Part shown: piece after piece, positions 26,739-36,571 of the stretch
Layout: each line of letters begins with the position of its first letter
How positions within the stretch are numbered: position 1 is the first letter of the stretch
NCBI GenBank assembly: GCA_002869615.1
Contig: PKUH01000095.1
Coordinates: 70,039 to 134,038, forward strand
Origin: Desulfuromonas sp.
Lineage (GTDB): Bacteria; Desulfobacterota; Desulfuromonadia; Desulfuromonadales; UBA2294
Direction of reading: 5' to 3'
DNA length: 64,000 nucleotides
Program-made: the position numbers and the translations under genes
Notes under the pieces: generated by a model
What the model was told of the DNA's origin: nothing
Databases searched by the model: none
What the model saw: the letters and a program-made list of their open reading frames with translations, nothing else

Positions 26739-28197
26739 ATTGATCAAGGACTTTTTTTATAATATTGGTCGTCGACTTGCCCTCTTCAAAGGTGACCAAC
26801 TCAACCCGGCCACCGTAGCTCTCGACAACATCCCTGCCGACAACATCTTCTACTGCGTAATCTTCACCCTTTGCCAGAATATCAGGCTTGATCGCGGCGA
26901 TCAGCTCGTAAGGCGTATCTTCACTGAAGAGTACGACATGGTCAATACAGTCGAGTGCGGCCAGAATATGAGCTCGTTCATCTTCACAGATCAGGGGACG
27001 GTTCTTACCTTTGAGGCGTCGGATCGATTCATCAGAATTGAGACCAAGGACCAGCAGATCACCTAGTTTGCGTGCTTTTTGCAGATATTTGACATGGCCA
27101 ACATGCAGCAGATCGAAGCAACCGTTGGTAAAGACGATTTTGCGCCCACCGGCCCGTTCCTGTTCGAGTATTTTAGCCAGAGCCGGAAGACCCTTGATCT
27201 TGCGATCTGAATCGGTGTGCCGTTGTCCGGCCGCTTCGAGAATTTCATCGGGTGATACCGTGGAAGCCCCGACCTTGCCGACGACGATGCCGGCAGCGAC
27301 GTTGGCCAACCACGCCGCATCAGCAATATTCAGACCTGCGGCCAGACCGACCCCGAGAAGGGTCATCACCGTGTCACCGGCACCGGTCACATCATAGACC
27401 TCGCGCGCTTCGGCTGGCAGGTGAACCGCATCTCCCTCCGCCGAGAAGATACTGATCCCCTCTTCGCTTCGGGTCAAGGCCAGGTATTCAAGATCGAGAT
27501 CTTGAATCAGTTGCTGTCCGGTGGCGAGGATCTCGCCTTCATCGGCCAGCGAACATCCGGTCGCCAGCATCAGTTCCTTGCGATTCGGGGTCAAAAGTGT
27601 CGCACCTCGATATCGGGAAAAGTCATGCCCCTTGGGGTCGACGATAACCGGCAGTTTTTTTTGCCGGCAGTGTGAAATAATTTCTGACAGAACCTTGGCG
27701 CTTAGCACACCCTTCTGATAATCGGAGAGCAACACCAGATCGACGTTATCGATTCTGTCAGCAACAACCTCGATCAGGGCGCTCTCGGAACCGGTATCAA
27801 TCGCATCGCGGCTTTCACTGTCGATCCTAACGATCTGCTGATTGCTCGCCAGAACCCGGGTTTTGCGGCTGGTCAGCCGTCCGGCTTCGGTCAACACACC
27901 GGAGTCATCGAGTTCGCGCAAGGCCAGACGCTTGCGCAACAGACCTGCGTTATCGTCATCTCCAATAACGCTCGCCACCGAAACCTGGCAGCCGAGAGCG
28001 CGCAGGTTATTGACAACATTGCCGGCACCACCAAGCCGCAGATCACTCCGTTTCAAATCGATGACCTGAACCGGCGCTTCGGGGGAAATCCGTTCGGCGC
28101 TCCCCCACAGGTACTCGTCCAGCATCAGGTCGCCAACGACCAGAACCCGTAAAGAGGATAGTTTTTCAATCAAGGATTCAACATCGACTCGCTTCAT
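26725..28197 (-). CDS. hldE: Bifunctional D-beta-D-heptose 7-phosphate kinase / heptose 1-phosphate adenylyltransferase
   Basis: 490 aa. N-terminal ribokinase-like domain (VVGDLMLDEYLWG, DVTGAGDT) and C-terminal cytidylyltransferase domain (FTNGCFDLLHVGHVKYL). Confidence 0.95.
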   Translation of the reverse strand: MKRVDVESLIEKLSSLRVLVVGDLMLDEYLWGSAERISPEAPVQVIDLKRSDLRLGGAGNVVNNLRALGCQVSVASVIGDDDNAGLLRKRLALRELDDSGVLTEAGRLTSRKTRVLASNQQIVRIDSESRDAIDTGSESALIEVVADRIDNVDLVLLSDYQKGVLSAKVLSEIISHCRQKKLPVIVDPKGHDFSRYRGATLLTPNRKELMLATGCSLADEGEILATGQQLIQDLDLEYLALTRSEEGISIFSAEGDAVHLPAEAREVYDVTGAGDTVMTLLGVGLAAGLNIADAAWLANVAAGIVVGKVGASTVSPDEILEAAGQRHTDSDRKIKGLPALAKILEQERAGGRKIVFTNGCFDLLHVGHVKYLQKARKLGDLLVLGLNSDESIRRLKGKNRPLICEDERAHILAALDCIDHVVLFSEDTPYELIAAIKPDILAKGEDYAVEDVVGRDVVESYGGRVELVTFEEGKSTTNIIKKVLDQYGHE

Positions 28198-28209
28198 AAT
28201 CCTGCCTGT

Positions 28210-28788
28210 TCAATTTTTACCGGAGAAAGCCTGATCGACGATCCGGCAGAGCAGATGGACAAGAACGCCATGGGCTTCCTGAATATGGGGCGTCTGCTGC
28301 ACCGCAACGATCAGTGGCAGATCAACCGCTGCGGCGATATCGCCACCGTCGCGGCCGAGCAGGCCGATGGTCCGGCACCCGTTTCCCCTTGCTGTTTTAA
28401 CAGCCTGCAGCACATTCGGTGAATGGCCGCTGGTCGAGATGCCGATCACCACATCACCCTTGACCGCCAAAGCCTCGACCTGACGGGCAAAGACTGCCTC
28501 GTAACCGAAATCGTTACTGACTGCCGTCAGAATCGAGGAGTCGGTGGTCAGCGCCAGCGCCGGCAGTCCTGAGCGTTCAGCCTCAAAGCGCCCGACCAGT
28601 TCGGCTGCCAGGTGTTGGGCATCGGCCGCGGAGCCGCCATTGCCCATGACGAGAATTTTATGACCCTGCCTGAGGGTATCGACCAGCAACTTTCCGGCGC
28701 GGTCGATGTTATCGGCCATACCCTCAATCAGTCCGATCGCCTGGTTGTGTCCGGCAAGATACTGCTGAACTGTTTGATTCATATCCAA
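28210..28788 (-). CDS. gmhA: Phosphoheptose isomerase (SIS domain)
   Basis: 192 aa. [29 protein letters not shown] and ISTSG.S.NV motifs. Confidence 0.9.
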   Translation of the reverse strand: MDMNQTVQQYLAGHNQAIGLIEGMADNIDRAGKLLVDTLRQGHKILVMGNGGSAADAQHLAAELVGRFEAERSGLPALALTTDSSILTAVSNDFGYEAVFARQVEALAVKGDVVIGISTSGHSPNVLQAVKTARGNGCRTIGLLGRDGGDIAAAVDLPLIVAVQQTPHIQEAHGVLVHLLCRIVDQAFSGKN

Positions 28789-30113
28789 GCCTGCCCCCGA
28801 CCGATTCCGTAGTAAGTGAAGCCTTCTTGTGCCATATAAGCCGGATCATAGATATTCCGACCATCGAAAATATTCGGTTGACGCATCGACTCTTTCATCC
28901 TGGCCAGGTCTGGACTGCGGAAATTTTTCCATTCGGTCAACACGGCCAGTGCATCGGCCCCCTGCAGGGCCGCATAATCTGATTCGACCAGGCTCAATTC
29001 AGGCCGGTCTCCGTAGATGCGGGCGGTCTCTTCCATAGCTTCTGGATCGTAGGCGCGAACCGTCGCTCCGGCCTGCCATAACTGCTCCATCAGGACCCGG
29101 CTCGGGGCTTCACGCATATCGTCGGTATTCGGCTTGAACGAAAGCCCCCACAGAGCTATCACTTTTCCGTTCAGGTCTCCTTTGAAATGAGCCTTGATCT
29201 TTTTGAAAAGGAGTTCCTTCTGCTCGGCATTGACCTGTTCGACAGCTTTCAGCAAATGAGCGTCATAATTATTCTGCGCGGCGGTTCGTCCGAGTGCTTG
29301 AACATCCTTGGGAAAACAGGAACCGCCATAGCCGGCGCCAGGATAGATAAACGAATAGCCGATGCGCGAATCGGAACCGATCCCCTGTCGCACCATTTCG
29401 ATATCGGCCCCCACCCGCTCGGCGATGTTGGCGAGTTCGTTCATGAAACTGATTTTGGTTGCCAGCATCGCGTTCGAGGCGTACTTGGTCAATTCAGCCG
29501 AGCGGACATCCATGACCAGCATCCGGTCATGGTTCCGGTTGAACGGGGCATAAAGGGTCTTGAGCAGTTCGGCCGTCCGCGGGTTGTCGGTGCCGACAAT
29601 AATCCGGTCCGGCTTCATGAAGTCGCCGATGGCATCCCCTTCCTTGAGAAATTCGGGATTGGAGACGACATCGAAATCGACACTCAGGCTTCGGGCATCG
29701 AGTTCCTGTCTGATGACCGCATCGACGGTATCGGCTGTTCCGACCGGAACGGTCGACTTGTCGACGATGATCCGGTAATCGGTCAGACGTTCGCCGATAC
29801 TTTTGGCGACCGCCTTTACATACTGCAGATCAGCAGAGCCATCTTCATCCGGCGGTGTCCCGACGGCAATAAACTGGAACAGTCCGTGCTCGACCGCGGC
29901 ATCGATATCGGTCGTGAAGGTGATACGACCGGCCTTCATGTTCTCTCCGATCATGTCCGACAGACCCGGCTCGTAGATCGGCACATCGCCGCGATTCAGC
30001 ATCTCGATCTTGGCGGTGTCGACATCGACACAGAGGACATCGTTACCAGCATCGGCCAGGCAGGCCCCGGTGACCAGACCGACATAACCGGAACCAAAAA
30101 TCGTAATCTTCAA
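28779..30113 (-). CDS. ugd: UDP-glucose 6-dehydrogenase
   Basis: 444 aa. [20 protein letters not shown] Rossmann N-terminus, catalytic GGSCFPKD, and the [10 protein letters not shown] motif. Confidence 0.92.
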   Translation of the reverse strand: MKITIFGSGYVGLVTGACLADAGNDVLCVDVDTAKIEMLNRGDVPIYEPGLSDMIGENMKAGRITFTTDIDAAVEHGLFQFIAVGTPPDEDGSADLQYVKAVAKSIGERLTDYRIIVDKSTVPVGTADTVDAVIRQELDARSLSVDFDVVSNPEFLKEGDAIGDFMKPDRIIVGTDNPRTAELLKTLYAPFNRNHDRMLVMDVRSAELTKYASNAMLATKISFMNELANIAERVGADIEMVRQGIGSDSRIGYSFIYPGAGYGGSCFPKDVQALGRTAAQNNYDAHLLKAVEQVNAEQKELLFKKIKAHFKGDLNGKVIALWGLSFKPNTDDMREAPSRVLMEQLWQAGATVRAYDPEAMEETARIYGDRPELSLVESDYAALQGADALAVLTEWKNFRSPDLARMKESMRQPNIFDGRNIYDPAYMAQEGFTYYGIGRGQAWI

Positions 30114-30227
30114 AATCCAATCTCCGTACTAATAATTATTTTGGCAAACGGCATAAAGGTGTTAAATATACTACGAATTTTAATTGTCCACAACTTAAAG
30201 ACATAAAGAAAACGTCCGTTGACAGGA

Positions 30228-30256
30228 TTGACAATTAGCCTCTTGTTCCTTATGAT
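30228..30256 (+). promoter_or_regulatory. Candidate sigma70 promoter for the plus-strand GT4 gene
   Basis: TTGACA (30228-30233; a second TTGACA lies 10 nt upstream), a 17-nt spacer, then TATGAT (30251-30256). Confidence 0.5.
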
Positions 30257-30283
30257 TCGGACGCATTTAACCTTATCAATTAA

Positions 30284-31372
30284 GTGACAATTATGAAAAT
30301 ACTCAGCCTGACCGATACATATGATCGACCAGAAACTGAAATATACATCAGTTTAAAAAAATCCGGAATTGATATTGAGCTGCTCGTCCGACCAGAACCA
30401 GAGTATCCAAGAGTTCAAGAGGCAGGAATTAAGACAACTGACTTTTATGTCAATGGTCGATTTGACCTGAAGGCAATTATGGCACTCCGCAGGATTTTAA
30501 AAAAAGAAAAATACGACATCCTCCACGTCTGGAACAATCGGGCGGCATCGGTCGGAGTGCTTGCATCAATTGGCTTACCTGTAAAAATCATTGACTATCG
30601 GGGAATTGTAGGAAACGTCAGTTTTTTCAGTCCCAATTCCTGGATAACTTACTTCAACCCCAAAGTTAAAAAAGTTGTTTGCGTCGCCGATGCTATTCGT
30701 CGTTATTTTGTTCAAATGAACTTTCTCGGATTTAAGCTAAACCCGGAAAAGTTCAAGACCATCTACAAAGGCCACGACCAAAGTTGGTACACAAAAGATC
30801 CCGTTGATTTGAAACAATTCGGGATTCCTCAAGGATCCTTTGTCGTCGGATTCGCTGGCAGGGACCGACCGCGAAAAGGAATCGAAAATTTGGTTGAAGC
30901 CGTCAATCTACTTCCGGAGGATGTGGACATTCATCTTCTCCTGGTCGGTAAAATTCACCGCAGATCACTTTTGAAATTGATTGAGAGCAGCCCGCGTCGA
31001 GACAGTATTCACCTGGCAGGGTATCGCAATGACGCACCGGAAATCGCTGCAGCCTGCAGTACTTTTGCCTTGCCATCACTTAAAGGTGAAGGGTTTCCGC
31101 GCGCCGTGGTCGAAGCAATGTCCTACGGAACAGTCCCTATCGTCAGTGACCGAGGAGGCAATCCAGAATTACCCGTTGACGGCGTAAGTGGCTTTATCAT
31201 TCCGGGAGGAAATTCAAAGGGGATGGCTGAGGCGATATTGAAACTTTACCACGACCCTGAATTGAGAAAAAAAATGGGAGCGGCCGCACGTCAGAGAATC
31301 ATTGATAATTTCAACCATCAAAAAACTGTTGAAATCACAATTGATCTGTACAAAGAGGTTGTTTCGATGTGA
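30284..31372 (+). CDS. Glycosyltransferase family 4 (GT-B, RfaG-like)
   Basis: 362 aa. The C-terminal EGFPRAVVEAMSYGTVPIVSDRGGNPE is the GT4 E-x7-E region. The start may be GTG 30284 or ATG 30293. Confidence 0.85.
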   Translation: MTIMKILSLTDTYDRPETEIYISLKKSGIDIELLVRPEPEYPRVQEAGIKTTDFYVNGRFDLKAIMALRRILKKEKYDILHVWNNRAASVGVLASIGLPVKIIDYRGIVGNVSFFSPNSWITYFNPKVKKVVCVADAIRRYFVQMNFLGFKLNPEKFKTIYKGHDQSWYTKDPVDLKQFGIPQGSFVVGFAGRDRPRKGIENLVEAVNLLPEDVDIHLLLVGKIHRRSLLKLIESSPRRDSIHLAGYRNDAPEIAAACSTFALPSLKGEGFPRAVVEAMSYGTVPIVSDRGGNPELPVDGVSGFIIPGGNSKGMAEAILKLYHDPELRKKMGAAARQRIIDNFNHQKTVEITIDLYKEVVSM

Positions 31373-31381
31373 GCGCTCTTT

Positions 31382-32125
31382 TCACCCATTTTCATAACCG
31401 GTCAGTAAAGCGTCCCAGTCATTTGGCCTGATATTAAGCTTTGGATTCTCATCTGCCAATTTATTCAAGGAACGTAACAATCGTTTTAGATTGGTATCTT
31501 GCCAGCGACCCGGTGCCCGTATCTCCCCTTTGTCGAAATCAAGGATATAAATATCCTGTTGACGGTCCAGCATGATGTTATGCGCATTGAGGTCAGCGTG
31601 ATAAACACCACGCTGATGGAACCGTGCAACGCAGCGACCAATTTCGGCCCAGACCGCATCCGGTAGCGGACCTTGCGAAAGCGTCTCGGCCAGGGTCCGG
31701 GTTTCCGGAAGATATTCGGTGATCAGGGCCGCCCGGTAATACCCGCAACCGGGCCAGTAAGATGCGGCAACAGGACGCGGTACGGGGAATCCTTCCCGGA
31801 AAAGTTGATGCAGCAACTGCCATTCGGACCAGGAACGACATTTCTCACGATTCAAACCGAAATATTGATCATTGAGAACTTTACTGACCAGGCCGCCTCG
31901 ACGATAATGGCGCAAGACCCAGGTCCGGTCCGGGAAACGGATGATACAGCTGGCACCACGACCACCAGTCGTCGCACCAATAACTCCTTGACCTTTGAGG
32001 CGTTCAACGTTAAAAAGGTCGGCCGATGGCGATTCGCACAATTCAGGATCGAACAGAATGTGGAACTGACCATCAATAACTATTTGAGGTTCGCTGCTTA
32101 ATGACAATTTCCCTACCCTCTCCAC
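31382..32125 (-). CDS. kdkA: 3-deoxy-D-manno-octulosonic acid (Kdo) kinase
   Basis: 247 aa. GGRGASCIIRF..R.WVLRHYRRGG and the catalytic VYHADLNAHNIMLD...YILDFDKG match the KdkA/InaA kinase family. Confidence 0.8.
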   Translation of the reverse strand: MERVGKLSLSSEPQIVIDGQFHILFDPELCESPSADLFNVERLKGQGVIGATTGGRGASCIIRFPDRTWVLRHYRRGGLVSKVLNDQYFGLNREKCRSWSEWQLLHQLFREGFPVPRPVAASYWPGCGYYRAALITEYLPETRTLAETLSQGPLPDAVWAEIGRCVARFHQRGVYHADLNAHNIMLDRQQDIYILDFDKGEIRAPGRWQDTNLKRLLRSLNKLADENPKLNIRPNDWDALLTGYENG

Positions 32126-33183
32126 CTGAAAGCATCTGCATTCTCAGGCTGTCGGCGCTCGGCGATGTCAGCCATGTCCTGCCGACCTTGAGGACCCTGC
32201 AGAAGACCTGGCCGGACTGTCGAATCACCTGGGTGATCGGTAAAACCGAACATGCACTGGTCGGTGACATCCCGGAAGTGGAGTTCATTGTCTTTGACAA
32301 AAGTAAAGGGGTCAAGGCTTATCTGCAACTCGCCAAGGATTTAAAAAGGCGCGAGTTTGACATTCTTCTGCACATGCAGGTCGCTCTGCGCGCCAGCCTG
32401 GCCAGCCTGCTGATCAAGGCACCGATCCGTCTCGGCTTCGACAAGTTCCGGGCCCGCAACGGCCAGGCCCTCTTCACCAATCACCAGATCGCAGCGGTTG
32501 AAAAGCAGCACGTTCTCGACAGCTTCCTCGAATTCCCGAAAGCGCTCGGCATTGAAGAGGCTGTCCTGGAATGGAATATTCCGATCCCGGAGCAGGCAGA
32601 ACAAAAGGCAGCCGACCTGCTTCCGGCCGACAAGAAGATACTTGCCATCAACCCCTGCACCAGCAACCGCGCCCGCAACTGGCGCAACTGGAGCGTCGAG
32701 AATTACGCCTCGATCATCGGGCATGTCTTTGAGAAATACGGGATGATCACTGTGCTGACCGGCGGGCCTTCTAAAATGGAGGTTGATTACGCCGAAAGGA
32801 TTGAAAGAGCGTCACGGCACAAGCCGATCAACCTGGTCGGAAAAACATCGGTCAAGGAACTACTGGCCGTGCTCAAACGGTCAGACCTGATGATCTCACC
32901 CGATACCGGCCCGGCCCACATGGCCAACGCTGTCGGCACCCCGGTTGTCGGCCTGTATGCGACCTCAAATCCTTATCGGACCGGGCCCTATAATTCGCTA
33001 GATATTACAATCAATAAGTATCCGGAAGCGCTAGATAAAGAGTCTGGCAAGTCGGTGGAAGATGTGCGTTGGGGGAAGCGGGTACGAAACCCGGAAGCGA
33101 TGGAATTAATATCAAATAAGGATGTTATTTCAAATCTGAATAATATAGTTTTTAAAAATCAAACCGACGAAAATATTTCATAA
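32101..33183 (+). CDS. ADP-heptose:LPS heptosyltransferase (GT9)
   Basis: 360 aa. ILRLSALGDVSHVLPTLRTLQKTWP and the C-terminal ISPDTGPAHMANAVGTPVVGLY are GT9 signatures. Confidence 0.9.
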   Translation: MTISLPSPPESICILRLSALGDVSHVLPTLRTLQKTWPDCRITWVIGKTEHALVGDIPEVEFIVFDKSKGVKAYLQLAKDLKRREFDILLHMQVALRASLASLLIKAPIRLGFDKFRARNGQALFTNHQIAAVEKQHVLDSFLEFPKALGIEEAVLEWNIPIPEQAEQKAADLLPADKKILAINPCTSNRARNWRNWSVENYASIIGHVFEKYGMITVLTGGPSKMEVDYAERIERASRHKPINLVGKTSVKELLAVLKRSDLMISPDTGPAHMANAVGTPVVGLYATSNPYRTGPYNSLDITINKYPEALDKESGKSVEDVRWGKRVRNPEAMELISNKDVISNLNNIVFKNQTDENIS

Positions 33184-34241
33184 TATTTTTCTGCAGCGAA
33201 TTTTTCGCTGAATTTATGATCGAGTAGAGAAATATATTTTTGCGGTTCACATAATGCGTCCTGGATTGCCTCGGTCAGTGCCTCTTCTTCAAGTGGAACA
33301 AGTGAAGGGGAATCCCCTCCTACAATCTCTTCTATTCCGCCCGGACAGTTTGTTGCAACAACTGGCACCCCCAAACTAGCTCCTTCCAAAACAACTGTAG
33401 GCAATGCTTCAAAATCGGAGGAAAGAACCAATAGACTTGCATTTTTTATGTAAGGATACGGGTTTTTCTGGAATCCGGCAAAAACGACTCTACCTTTAAG
33501 CCCCATATCCTGAGCCATTTCAAAGACACTTGACTGCAACTTACCCTCCCCAAGTAATACTAGTTTGGCGCAGGAATTGATTTTTGCGAAAGCTTTAAGC
33601 AACCTGTCATGTCTCTTTTCACGATTAAAGCGCCCTAAATGAAGAATGTACTTGCCTTCAATATTGATTTCATCCTTCTCAGCAAGTTTGAGCAGTTCAT
33701 CTTGATTAATCGGATTGTAGATCACATATTTTGGAACATTCGACTTGAAATTTTCGCAAAAACTTTTGCATGCCCCCTGTGAAACAAAAACCAAAGGATG
33801 AGATCCATAAACGTTTTCCAGGTTTTTTTGAATAAAGAACTTTCTGATGATGTTTTTTCCCGAAAGTAATGATTCTCCATAGACACTGTGAATGATGTGA
33901 ATGACGTTATGTCGACTTTTCGACATAACCTTATCAGCAAACATCATATTGGAGAGAACGATACAACCCTTCCCAAAATTATTCTCAATATAATCATCTA
34001 CAGCAAAACAAATTTTCTTTCTGTAGGTAAGTCTTTTAAAACCTTTTTTACTGACTTTCTGAACTTCGTTAAGATAGTGAATCCGGCAGCCAGGATCTAC
34101 TTCATGGGAAACACCCGAACTCAGCGTCACGATATGGCATTCATAGTCGAGATGCGATTCAAATACTTTATATAAATTCAGGACAGCCTTTTCCGCTCCC
34201 CCGCCGCTGAGATCAGGTAATACAAATATAATTTTCTTCAT
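33159..34241 (-). CDS. Glycosyltransferase family 4
   Basis: 360 aa. N-terminal LSGGGAEK and C-terminal SSDFEALPTVVLEGASLGVPVVATNCPGGIEE (E-x7-E). Confidence 0.85.
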   Translation of the reverse strand: MKKIIFVLPDLSGGGAEKAVLNLYKVFESHLDYECHIVTLSSGVSHEVDPGCRIHYLNEVQKVSKKGFKRLTYRKKICFAVDDYIENNFGKGCIVLSNMMFADKVMSKSRHNVIHIIHSVYGESLLSGKNIIRKFFIQKNLENVYGSHPLVFVSQGACKSFCENFKSNVPKYVIYNPINQDELLKLAEKDEINIEGKYILHLGRFNREKRHDRLLKAFAKINSCAKLVLLGEGKLQSSVFEMAQDMGLKGRVVFAGFQKNPYPYIKNASLLVLSSDFEALPTVVLEGASLGVPVVATNCPGGIEEIVGGDSPSLVPLEEEALTEAIQDALCEPQKYISLLDHKFSEKFAAEKYYEIFSSV

Positions 34242-35329
34242 AGCCCGACATTCTTGACCAAAGTATGAAAAACCCTTTCATCCAGAGCCTTTTCACTTGC
34301 GCGCCAGTTATCAAAAACCTCGGCCATCCTTTCAGATTCATCATCCGCGATCAGTGTGAGTCGATTACAGAACTTCTCAAATCCCATCCCGGCAGTTGAA
34401 TAAACCGAAATAATGTTGCATTTCGATTCGTTTCCAAAAATCAGCAACTCAAGAGGGATTTTACTTTCAACCATTTGCAAATCTGGAAAGGCTTCCTGAT
34501 ATCGGTTCATACTTTCACGTGGATGAACCTTGAAGGCAGGGCTAATTCCCTGGTTTTTCAAGAATTCAACAACCTTTCCATAAATCACCAGATCAAAATT
34601 TGAACCAGTTAAGTTGCCTGCTGTGATCGGTTGTGTTGCGATAATATAGAGGGTGCCTTCTTTTATGGCATCAGATTTCAAACCGAAAAATGAACTGCAA
34701 ATACCGGAAACACGGGCAGGATTCAGGAAGTTAATTTTTTCCGTTTTTTCCCGGATTGCATCGGGAGCATTTTCAGGATTCAACAGATATATACGCTTAC
34801 ATCTTTTATCGTCTCCGATATAACGCTTTTTAAGTTTATGGCCGGTTAAAAAACGCCAAGTAGATTCCAAAGGTTTAAGTTGGACACCCGAGTAGTTAGA
34901 GATACCATCTTCGATTACCTCGTAATCGCGAAAGGCAAGCCTGAAAAGACGGGCAACCCTGCTTCTATCGTTGAAGAGAACCAATTTACTCGGCAACTGA
35001 GTCAAGCACAACTCTTGCGACAATGTGTTCAACAACCATTTCCGGTATCGTGAACGAAATGAAGAATTTGTTTTGATATTTAGAGAAGCCAGGAGGCGAA
35101 AGAAATGACCGACTGGGCTACCATCTACTAGTTTACGAATATTGTTACGATAAATAAAGTTGACCTGAACGTTTCGAGGCAACACTTTTTTATTGAATAT
35201 CGAGGGATCAATATGCTGCTGATCAACAATCATCAATATGATGCTATTCACATCAGATTCTTCTGCAGCCCTCAATACTGAAAACATTAAATTTCGTATT
35301 GTAGAACAAATATAAAGGTTCATCATCAA
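34238..35329 (-). CDS. Putative GT-B glycosyltransferase with sialyltransferase-type EDG and HP motifs (GT52-like?)
   Basis: 363 aa. N-terminal NLYICSTIRNLMFSVL resembles GT52 N-termini. YEVIEDGISNY (D/E-D/E-G) and FKVHPRE (HP) motifs are in the expected order. The family assignment is tentative. Confidence 0.4.
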   Translation of the reverse strand: MMMNLYICSTIRNLMFSVLRAAEESDVNSIILMIVDQQHIDPSIFNKKVLPRNVQVNFIYRNNIRKLVDGSPVGHFFRLLASLNIKTNSSFRSRYRKWLLNTLSQELCLTQLPSKLVLFNDRSRVARLFRLAFRDYEVIEDGISNYSGVQLKPLESTWRFLTGHKLKKRYIGDDKRCKRIYLLNPENAPDAIREKTEKINFLNPARVSGICSSFFGLKSDAIKEGTLYIIATQPITAGNLTGSNFDLVIYGKVVEFLKNQGISPAFKVHPRESMNRYQEAFPDLQMVESKIPLELLIFGNESKCNIISVYSTAGMGFEKFCNRLTLIADDESERMAEVFDNWRASEKALDERVFHTLVKNVGL

Positions 35330-35471
35330 CCTGACTATATGATTCCATCGTGCTTAAACACTGTATTGAAATACCTGCAATCCTGTTCTGAAAACTCATA
35401 TCCTTTTTGACAATATCCTGCAATAAAACACACCTTCAGAGTTCACCGATCAACAGAGGACCGATGCCAGT

Positions 35472-36452
35472 CTAATGCCTAACAAAAAACAGATACATTT
35501 CACTGCCATTTTTTTCAGATTTATTACTTGCCCACTCTTGACGTGCTTTTCGTTTCCAATAAATATCAACTGGCCCAGAAAACAGGTATAACGGTGAAAT
35601 CAAGAAAAGCAGAAGATAGTGTCTCGTCTTTTTATCGTTTTTATTTAATAATTTCCTAATCTTCCTGGCGGGCGACCGCAGTTTATTAATCAAAAGTAAG
35701 CGTTTTCTTTCTTGCATCAATTGTTTTTTGGATGCGGCATCTTTTGCATTAGAAATATCTAAAAACTTGCGCACAAACTTTGAACTGGAGTCGGTAATCC
35801 ATTCAATTGCACCAAAATACTGATTTGCATAATATTCTTTTTCAAGCTTGTAATTTCCCGGTCGACACAAGGCCTCAAATTGGTTTGTTGTAAGCCTGCG
35901 AAGATGTCCTTCATCTTCAAAAAAGAACCTGTTACCCAATTCCGGATTAATTCCATCATTGCGCAATAAACATATTCTATGTTCATAACTCCCAACATTG
36001 CCGCAGGGCAAAATATGAAACATAAAGCATTCCGGTTTCATAAACCCATTCATAAGTGAGAACACTTCTTCAAGGTCATAAACATGCTCGAAAACATGGT
36101 TGGAAAAAACAAAATCAAAGTAATCGTGATAATTCACTGACTCGTGTGATTTGAAAAAATTGCATTCGGGAAATCTCTTCCTGGCATTATTAACTGCCTC
36201 ATCACTAATGTCAGTGCCAAACAAAGTCCACCCAGGAAGGGCCTGGAGCACAATATTTGTTAAGACACCATTACCGCATCCGAAATCGAGTGCTTTCCCG
36301 GTTTCAGGAAGATCTAAAGACTGTATTATTTCAGTTATTCTGGCCTTTCGCTCAACGGGCCACTCTCTTAAATAACCCTGTTCATACCGGGCATCATAAA
36401 ATTTTTTAGACTGGTCTTGATTATTAATATTTGGAGTATCGAGTCCAGACAT
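35472..36452 (-). CDS. Class I SAM-dependent methyltransferase
   Basis: 326 aa. Motif I is ALDFGCGNGVLT, with post-I and motif II-like segments. The C-terminal third contains a hydrophobic stretch (HYLLLFLISPLYLF). Confidence 0.8.
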   Translation of the reverse strand: MSGLDTPNINNQDQSKKFYDARYEQGYLREWPVERKARITEIIQSLDLPETGKALDFGCGNGVLTNIVLQALPGWTLFGTDISDEAVNNARKRFPECNFFKSHESVNYHDYFDFVFSNHVFEHVYDLEEVFSLMNGFMKPECFMFHILPCGNVGSYEHRICLLRNDGINPELGNRFFFEDEGHLRRLTTNQFEALCRPGNYKLEKEYYANQYFGAIEWITDSSSKFVRKFLDISNAKDAASKKQLMQERKRLLLINKLRSPARKIRKLLNKNDKKTRHYLLLFLISPLYLFSGPVDIYWKRKARQEWASNKSEKNGSEMYLFFVRH

Positions 36453-36571
36453 AACATTCCTTTATTGCTTTAAAAATTTTCAGTCGCGGCCAAACTATAA
36501 TCTACAGTTAATGTTAACGTTGATTAAAATCTCAACATGTAGGTACTGATATTTTAGTAAAATGCAATAAT

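Noticed and set aside
29187-30206. A 339-aa plus-strand ORF, with similar long antisense ORFs at 57840..59279 (479 aa), 8715..9548, 3602..4285, 55515..56240, 14232..14933, 18363..19097 and 42784..43509.
   Set aside because: Each lies entirely antisense to a gene with unmistakable family motifs (ugd, lysS, rluB, mutL, bamA, pyrD, DUF523, TagF-like). The translations are low-complexity and Arg/Pro/Gly-rich. These are typical shadow ORFs of GC-rich coding DNA.
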